From: Fibrobacter succinogenes subsp. succinogenes S85 | GTDB taxonomy: Bacteria > Fibrobacterota > Fibrobacteria > Fibrobacterales > Fibrobacteraceae | Length of the DNA stretch: 32,000 nt | Direction of reading: 5' to 3' | NCBI RefSeq assembly: GCF_000146505.1 | Contig: NC_017448.1 | Coordinates: 540,001-572,000, forward strand | Shown: one piece after another, positions 26,046 through 32,000 of the stretch | How the letters are laid out: each line of letters starts with the position of its first letter | Numbering within the stretch: position 1 is the stretch's first letter | Position numbers and translations under genes: made by a program | Notes under the pieces: model-generated | The model's input: the letters and a program-made list of their open reading frames with translations, nothing else | Database searches by the model: none | What the model was told of the DNA's origin: nothing

Positions 26046-26693
26046 TTACTCATCATCTTTGCAAGAGCCTTCAAACGCGCAGGGCGGACCATAAAGAACA
26101 ACGGTCTCATCAATGATAATGGTATTATAATTCGCTTGGAATTCAGCTTCGTTGTAGACCTTGCCATCACTGCATGTATAAACTTTATCCTTCACATAGA
26201 CAACGCCATACTTGGCCGTAACTTCGGGCTTGAAAACAATTCCATATTTTGCAGTCACTTCTGTCGGATCGCGCGTTACAGGAACCTGTTCCTCATCAGC
26301 TGTAGATTCAACGCAGGTCACCCCATCGGTGCATTCATAAACATTGTCGTCTTTATGAGCCGTGCAGGTTTCCCTGTCCATATAAACACCGTACAAAGGC
26401 ACGACCTCTATTTCGCCACTGGAGCTTTCAGCAATCGGAGAGGAACTAGAAGATTCAACGGAGCTAGACGATTCAGCAGACGAACTAGGCTGAACATCCG
26501 AAGAACTTGAAAACTGATTTTTGACCGTTGAGCTTGAACTCACCTTTTCTACGGACGAACTTGAATTTTGTCCATTAGTTGTACTTGAACTGGAATCCGG
26601 AAAAACAGGAGCCGCAGGAGAAGATCCATTATCGCAGGCATTCCAAAAAAATGCCGTCAGTGCAAGCAGAAATTTTTTCCAGTGTTTATACAT
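26046..26693 (-). CDS. Putative lipoprotein with a Ser-rich linker and a Cys-containing C-terminal domain (radical-SAM-associated)
   Basis: Start taken at MYKHWKKFLLALTAFFWNAC (lipobox-like ...WNAC). There is a Ser-rich tract of about 60 aa, an internal repeat VTAKYGIVFKPEVTAKYGVVYVKD and 7 Cys in the last ~120 aa. The stop lies 17 nt upstream of the radical SAM start. Confidence 0.6.
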   Translation of the reverse strand: MYKHWKKFLLALTAFFWNACDNGSSPAAPVFPDSSSSTTNGQNSSSSVEKVSSSSTVKNQFSSSSDVQPSSSAESSSSVESSSSSPIAESSSGEIEVVPLYGVYMDRETCTAHKDDNVYECTDGVTCVESTADEEQVPVTRDPTEVTAKYGIVFKPEVTAKYGVVYVKDKVYTCSDGKVYNEAEFQANYNTIIIDETVVLYGPPCAFEGSCKDDE

Positions 26694-26852
26694 TTGACAG
26701 ACTCCTTCAAAACCCATTCAACCACATCATTAATATAAACAAATAGGCATACCTTTTCAATTGTGGATAGCCCTATTCACAACGCTTTTCCCACGCAAAA
26801 AAGCCCCCGAAAAGCAAAAATATTGCACAAACGTATTATATAGACTTTTTTA

Positions 26853-28310
26853 TTACCTGAATTCCGGAGCAATCGTCAAGATGAGGCTCAATCCGTGCCA
26901 ACTATGGAAAGCAAACTGCACACGGAACAGATACATATCCGGCTTGCGGACGCGAACACCGAATCCCCACGAGTTATAGAGATGGTCCTTCGACCAACTA
27001 TTTATCTTGTCACTAATCATGGCATATTCATTAAAAACAACACCATCTACAAGACGGTCCACCGGCCAACGGTATTCTGTTGAAAGACCTAGCACGAATG
27101 GAGCCACCCATGCCCCCGTATAGCCACGTAATGGGAACCTCGCATTCAACGACGGAAAAGCCGAATATGGAGCGCCACCCTTTTCCATTTCCCACATTCC
27201 CTGGAAACGGAGCTGGAACGCAAACACGCGATGTTCAAAAAGCGTTTCCACGAGATTTTCCGGGCGCCACACGCGTAATACTTCATTCAAAGAAAAGTCT
27301 GTATAGAACTTTCTTGTCTTGCGGCCTTCTTTTGCAGACAACACATATTTGTCAGCCCGACCAATAAAGAAATAAATCTGGTAAAAAGCGTCAACACTCA
27401 CATAATCGTGATTTTTGCCACCATCTTTCAACGCACTAGAACGGTGTAACCCCACAATAGACATATCATCGGCAGTTATCCCGCTATAATGACTTGTCAG
27501 CACATACGAGGCACTCAAACTTAAACGTTGGCCTTTTGACGGAGCATATGGGAAATCCAAATTATCAAAGACCAGGTTCACGTAAAACGGAATTTCAAAG
27601 TGGCCTTGATACAATCCTCGATCCTCAATCGGGAACTTCGGGTGATCCAGCACCGAATCCTTCGTATCCGTGAAATCCGCCAAATGATAAACAAGTTCTG
27701 AGCCAAAACTAAAGTTGAGGTTTCTTGATTCTGTAATCGGGAAACCGAACCGGAGACCTGCATTAATCGTCGTATCCGCTTGTTTGAACGACTCCTTCGT
27801 CACAGGCAAAGTAAATCCGTTATCACGATCCATATAAATATTCAGGTTTACCAGACCGTACAATTTCTTACCAAACAACGACTGCTTAGAATAGCGCATT
27901 TTCACATCAAAATCGCTATTGGCGTAGTAATGGCCTTCAAAAACAGCGTAATCGTTCTGATAAAACAAGTTCCGGTGTCGGTAGCATAGACCGATCATAG
28001 TCGAGCTGCCGGGCTTCAGATTAAAAACCGGATAAATAAAAATGTTGCGTTTTTCACCAAAAGTAATCAGGTCCACCGCCTTGTCTGCAACTCCATTTTC
28101 AATTGCATAATGTAATGGTGCCGCAATCGGGTAGACAAGTGAACTAAAAAAAGGTTGGATGACATGGATGAATGGCCACGCAATGACTTCGGTAAACGAC
28201 ATTGAACCCGAAGAAGTATCCTGAACAGCTTCGTCAGACTTCTTCGCAAGTGCAGGCACACTCAACACGCCCACAAGCACCAGTAATGTCACCAAACGCA
28301 TCATTTCCAT
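26853..28310 (-). CDS. Outer-membrane beta-barrel protein, Omp85/BamA-superfamily-like (putative)
   Basis: Signal peptide MEMMRLVTLLVLVGVLSVPALA. Long run of amphipathic beta strands. The C-terminal region GFGVRVRKPDMYLFRVQFAF resembles the Omp85 barrel end. No clear POTRA repeats were recognised. Confidence 0.45.
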   Translation of the reverse strand: MEMMRLVTLLVLVGVLSVPALAKKSDEAVQDTSSGSMSFTEVIAWPFIHVIQPFFSSLVYPIAAPLHYAIENGVADKAVDLITFGEKRNIFIYPVFNLKPGSSTMIGLCYRHRNLFYQNDYAVFEGHYYANSDFDVKMRYSKQSLFGKKLYGLVNLNIYMDRDNGFTLPVTKESFKQADTTINAGLRFGFPITESRNLNFSFGSELVYHLADFTDTKDSVLDHPKFPIEDRGLYQGHFEIPFYVNLVFDNLDFPYAPSKGQRLSLSASYVLTSHYSGITADDMSIVGLHRSSALKDGGKNHDYVSVDAFYQIYFFIGRADKYVLSAKEGRKTRKFYTDFSLNEVLRVWRPENLVETLFEHRVFAFQLRFQGMWEMEKGGAPYSAFPSLNARFPLRGYTGAWVAPFVLGLSTEYRWPVDRLVDGVVFNEYAMISDKINSWSKDHLYNSWGFGVRVRKPDMYLFRVQFAFHSWHGLSLILTIAPEFR

Positions 28311-28333
28311 TCTAATATATAGTTATATTGGTT

Positions 28334-30766
28334 ATGATGTTTTCTCTTTTTGCAAAAATTATCAAAAAATTGGCGGCTTACCCGAAGATTATCCTAACGG
28401 TTTTTCTGGCGGTAGGTATTTTGAGCATTTACCCCATCATGCATTTGCGATGGGATTTACAGTTACAAGACACGATTACGAGTGCGCGAGAACCGAGCAA
28501 CGTCCAGAAAATTGAAGACGAATTCGGTGGGCTTGGAAGCCTCATCGTCATCTTGCAATCGGAGGATTCGAGTGCGAACTACCAAATCGCCAAAAACCTC
28601 GCACAAAAGATGCAGCAGAGTCCGGCAGTCCATTTTGCCGACTTCGAGACCGACATTGAATTTTACAAGAAGAACAAGTTCTTGTACGCCAGTGAAAACG
28701 ACATTGACATCATGGTGCATCGCATTGAAAAGCTCAAGCACGACTACATCATGAAGAACAACCCGCTGTTCATTGACCTCAAGAGTGCGATTGATTCCAT
28801 CACGCAGACGACTTCGGAACAGCGCGAACAGCTTTTAAGCGACCTCGAAAAGAAGTATTTTGACAAGCTCGCCGTGAGCCACTCCAACAAAACCGGGACC
28901 ATCCGTATCGTTGAAATTTACCCGACGCATTCGATCTCGGATTTGCAGGCAAACAGGAACCTTTTCTACGAAGTTTCAAATCAGTTGAAAAATGAAAAAA
29001 CACCTAGCGATTTCCAGGTGTATTTTGCAGGAAAGGTCTACGAATCCATCCAGACCGGCAAGCGGCTTCTGCCCGAAGCAAAGATGGTGGGCTGCGTCAC
29101 AGCGGGTCTGATTCTTCTGCTTCTGATTCTCAACTTCTTTAGGCAGCCGCAATTGATTTTTATTTCAGCTCTGCCAATTGCAACACCGATTTTTACGACG
29201 ATGGCGTGTTCGTATATGTTCTACGGACGCATTAACTTGTTTACGCTTTTGCTTGCAATTGTGCTCCCGGGACAAGCTCTGCAGATTATCAACCACGTTC
29301 TGAACCGATACTTTTTGGAACGCGAGCAGAACTTGAGCCCACAACTTTGCATTGAAAGTGCGCTCCTTGGCATCGGGCCCTCGACCGCCGTTTCGAGTTT
29401 TGCATTTGCAACATTGTTCGCTAGTTTGATTTTGATTCCGCTGCCAGGACTCCAGGAACTGGGCGTTCTCGGTTCAACGGGCTGCATTTTGAACTGGGCC
29501 ATTACGCTCCTTTTCTCGGCTGCACTTTTGCAGGTCACGCAACGCAAAAAACCGTTCTCGATTAGACACTCGCAAATTCACCCTGAGTACAAGATTTCAA
29601 TGCTTTCAAATCGTTTGAACTGGACGATTTTCTCGATTATCATCGCGGCAAGTCTCGTTGGGCTTTACATCGGCGGTACTCGCATCCACATCCGCAACGA
29701 CTTTTCGGCTACAGAAATCAACTACAAGGACGCAACGATTGATTCCCTAATTGCAGAGACGGGATTCATGAACAAGACGCCCGTCATCGTGATGCTCCCG
29801 GAAAGTGCCGAAAGCGAGAACCTGCTGGAACGATTCACCGAGCTCAAAAACAACGGCGAACTTTCAACCGTCAACTCGCTGTTTACGCTTGCACAGTTTT
29901 CCCCCAACTTGCAACAGAAGAAAATGGAAAAGCTCCGCCAGTTGCACAGCTTGGTCACTAAGGAATTTCGTGAAGCGCTCTCCAAGAGCGAACTTGAAAA
30001 TCTTGAAAAGGTGGAACAGGCGCTTGAATTTGACGAAGCCGATGACTTTGAGCCACCTGAGTATATCGCCAAGAAGTTCCGCGACAAGCACGGCAAGCAA
30101 GGCCGCTTTGCGTTCATCTTTACCGACATCAAGGAAAACTTTGGCAGCGAATGCGTAAAATTGCACAAAGAACTCCACCAGATTGAAGGTATCGACAACG
30201 GGAAATACTTGGTGGCAGGCATCCCGATTACTCGCGCTATTTTCTTGGATAGGATTACAAATAATATCAGTAGACCATTGCAAGTGGGTGGTATTTTAGT
30301 GTTTCTGTTCATGCTCGTTTATTATAACCGCTTTAGCCGCGCCTTGTTTACCGCACTTCCGTCTGTATTTGCAGCAAGCTGGTTCCTCGCAGCGCTCAAC
30401 GCATTTGACGTGAAGATTTCAGCATACAGCGCACTCGCCTTCCCGATTTTGATTGGAGCAAGCGTCGATGGCTCCCTCCAGTTTTTCTCGGCTTATTACG
30501 AGAAGCAAACAGGGACCGCGCTCACAATCCTTAGGGACAAGTTCTTTACGATTTTTCTCTCGCAGATGGCCGCCTTCATCGGTACATACGGCATGCTCGT
30601 TTCGTCCCACCCGGGGCTTCGCAGCATGGGCTACGTCTCGTTGACAGGCCTTATCTGCATATTCATTTCCCAATTCACCATCTTCCCCCTCATCGCAGGA
30701 TCGCTCGACCAATACCGTCTGAGACAGAAAAGGAAAAAGGAAGCTAAAGATGAAAACGCTTTCTGA
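28334..30766 (+). CDS. MMPL/RND-superfamily membrane transporter
   Basis: About 810 aa with two blocks of ~5-6 TM helices (aa ~250-400 and ~650-790), each preceded by a large soluble loop, as in MMPL/HpnN-like transporters. The first ATG is at 28334; the listed start at 28328 is TTG. Confidence 0.7.
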   Translation: MMFSLFAKIIKKLAAYPKIILTVFLAVGILSIYPIMHLRWDLQLQDTITSAREPSNVQKIEDEFGGLGSLIVILQSEDSSANYQIAKNLAQKMQQSPAVHFADFETDIEFYKKNKFLYASENDIDIMVHRIEKLKHDYIMKNNPLFIDLKSAIDSITQTTSEQREQLLSDLEKKYFDKLAVSHSNKTGTIRIVEIYPTHSISDLQANRNLFYEVSNQLKNEKTPSDFQVYFAGKVYESIQTGKRLLPEAKMVGCVTAGLILLLLILNFFRQPQLIFISALPIATPIFTTMACSYMFYGRINLFTLLLAIVLPGQALQIINHVLNRYFLEREQNLSPQLCIESALLGIGPSTAVSSFAFATLFASLILIPLPGLQELGVLGSTGCILNWAITLLFSAALLQVTQRKKPFSIRHSQIHPEYKISMLSNRLNWTIFSIIIAASLVGLYIGGTRIHIRNDFSATEINYKDATIDSLIAETGFMNKTPVIVMLPESAESENLLERFTELKNNGELSTVNSLFTLAQFSPNLQQKKMEKLRQLHSLVTKEFREALSKSELENLEKVEQALEFDEADDFEPPEYIAKKFRDKHGKQGRFAFIFTDIKENFGSECVKLHKELHQIEGIDNGKYLVAGIPITRAIFLDRITNNISRPLQVGGILVFLFMLVYYNRFSRALFTALPSVFAASWFLAALNAFDVKISAYSALAFPILIGASVDGSLQFFSAYYEKQTGTALTILRDKFFTIFLSQMAAFIGTYGMLVSSHPGLRSMGYVSLTGLICIFISQFTIFPLIAGSLDQYRLRQKRKKEAKDENAF

Positions 30767-31940
30767 TAGAACTCAAAATATTGCAGCATCGCTCACCGTC
30801 GCCATCGACACAATGGCAAAACAGATGATCGCAGACGGCAAGGACGTCGTGAGTCTCGGCGCAGGCGAACCCGACTTTGGAACGCCCACCCCCATTCAAG
30901 ATGCGGCAATTGATGCTATCCGCGCAGGCAAGACGCGCTATACTGCACCTGTCGGGATTCTTGATGTGCGCAAGGCTGTTGCAAAGAAATTGGAAGAAGA
31001 AAACGGACTCCATTACAATGCATCGCAAATCATCATGACGAGCGGTGCAAAGCACGCCGTGTTCAACGCTCTCGCCGCCCTCATCAATCCGGGTGACGAA
31101 GTGATTATCCCCGCCCCGTACTGGGTCACGTATCCGGAACTTGTGAAGTGGCTCGGCGGTACGCCGGTGTTTGTTGAAGCCGGCATTGAAAAGAACTTCA
31201 AGATTGATGCCGAAGATTTGCGCAAGGCTTGCACGCCGCGCACGAAGGCAATTCTCTTGAACAATCCGTGCAACCCGACTGGCGCCGTTTACAGCAAGAG
31301 AGAACTTGAAGCATTGGCAAAGGAAATTGTAGCACAGGACATCTACTGCATCTCGGACGAAGTTTACGAATACTTTGTCTACGATACTGAGTTTACGAGC
31401 GCAGCAGTATTCCCCGGCATGGCAGAACGTACAATTGTGATTAACGGCTTTTCGAAGTCTCACTGCATGACCGGCTGGAGAATCGGTTACGATGCCGCCC
31501 CCGCCCCGATTGCAAAAATCATCGGAAAAATCCAGGGACAGGCCACGCACCACCCGAGCAATGTCGCACAGTACGCCGCACTCGGCGCTCTGAACATGGA
31601 CAAGAGCAATGTTCATGCCATGCAGGCAGCCTTCCGCAAGCGCAGAGCCTACATGCTTGAACGCACTTCGTTCCTCTCGACCAAGCCGCGCGCACCCGAA
31701 GGCGCATTCTACCTTTTTGCACCGGTGAGCGATTACTACGGGAAAAAGACTCCGGACGGCAAGGTGATTGCAGGCTCGATTGATTTTTGCAGCGCACTTT
31801 TGGAAAGCAAGGGACTTGCGATTGTGCCAGGCGCCGCCTTTGGCGACGACACATGCGTTAGATTCTCGTACGCCGCAAGCGATGAAAATCTTGCGAAGGC
31901 TTGCGACCGCTTTGAAGCATTCGTGAAAGAACTCTCGTAA
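30750..31940 (+). CDS. aspC: Class I PLP-dependent aminotransferase (aspartate aminotransferase type)
   Basis: LGAGEPDF, YT...G, NNPCNPTGAVY, FSKSHCMTGWRIGY (PLP Lys), RFSYA. It overlaps the transporter gene by 17 nt. Confidence 0.85.
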   Translation: MKTLSDRTQNIAASLTVAIDTMAKQMIADGKDVVSLGAGEPDFGTPTPIQDAAIDAIRAGKTRYTAPVGILDVRKAVAKKLEEENGLHYNASQIIMTSGAKHAVFNALAALINPGDEVIIPAPYWVTYPELVKWLGGTPVFVEAGIEKNFKIDAEDLRKACTPRTKAILLNNPCNPTGAVYSKRELEALAKEIVAQDIYCISDEVYEYFVYDTEFTSAAVFPGMAERTIVINGFSKSHCMTGWRIGYDAAPAPIAKIIGKIQGQATHHPSNVAQYAALGALNMDKSNVHAMQAAFRKRRAYMLERTSFLSTKPRAPEGAFYLFAPVSDYYGKKTPDGKVIAGSIDFCSALLESKGLAIVPGAAFGDDTCVRFSYAASDENLAKACDRFEAFVKELS

Positions 31941-32000
31941 TAAGGAATTGCGATGTTCCCATTCCGCCTCGTCAATCCAGACCCATCGAAACCGTTTACC

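Noticed and set aside
31953-32000. ATG-initiated ORF (MFPFRLVNPDPSKPFT...) running off the right edge
   Set aside because: Only 16 codons are visible, which is too short to support a gene call or a product.

Overview
The window looks like a Fibrobacter-type chromosome. The evidence is a protein with the Fibrobacter succinogenes major paralogous domain, mid-range GC and FCB-group-like outer-membrane proteins. It splits into two parts.

(1) Positions 1 to about 8.9 kb form a compositionally mosaic accessory region. It holds the 3' part of a class III ribonucleotide reductase gene (nrdD, cut by the window edge) and an acidic-tailed hypothetical protein. Next comes a TerY-P-like signalling triad: a Ser/Thr kinase with a C-terminal zinc ribbon, a vWA/TerY-like protein and a PP2C phosphatase. 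The kinase is interrupted by a single in-frame TAG. The region ends with a strongly AT-rich two-gene cassette. Its first gene encodes a 228-aa helical protein. Its second encodes a 1048-aa protein that fuses an unknown N-domain, a ParA/MinD-like ATPase with a KGGVGR (Lys->Arg) P-loop, a second Walker A/B NTPase module and a small-residue-rich hydrophobic C-terminal tail. I consider this cassette the best candidate for an undescribed conflict/defence system.

(2) Positions 8.9-32 kb are mostly ordinary. They contain:
- a DegT-aminotransferase / Wzx-flippase / GT2 sugar module next to tRNA-Lys(UUU)
- a PorV/PorQ-like outer-membrane (OM) protein
- gap
- a PDZ-thioredoxin protein
- pyrD
- an M20 peptidase and a cobB sirtuin
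- a tightly packed minus-strand gene string: Cys/Ser-rich lipoprotein, radical SAM/SPASM enzyme, DUF1343/NamZ-like hydrolase, and a peptide-type ABC permease plus ATPase
- an Omp85-like OM protein divergent from an MMPL/RND-type transporter
- an aspartate aminotransferase

The ABC ATPase gene carries a 7-nt tandem repeat and two copies of a ~30-nt repeat element.

I saw no CRISPR array, rRNA, integrase or transposase. All domain calls come from motif recognition by eye, not from database searches.
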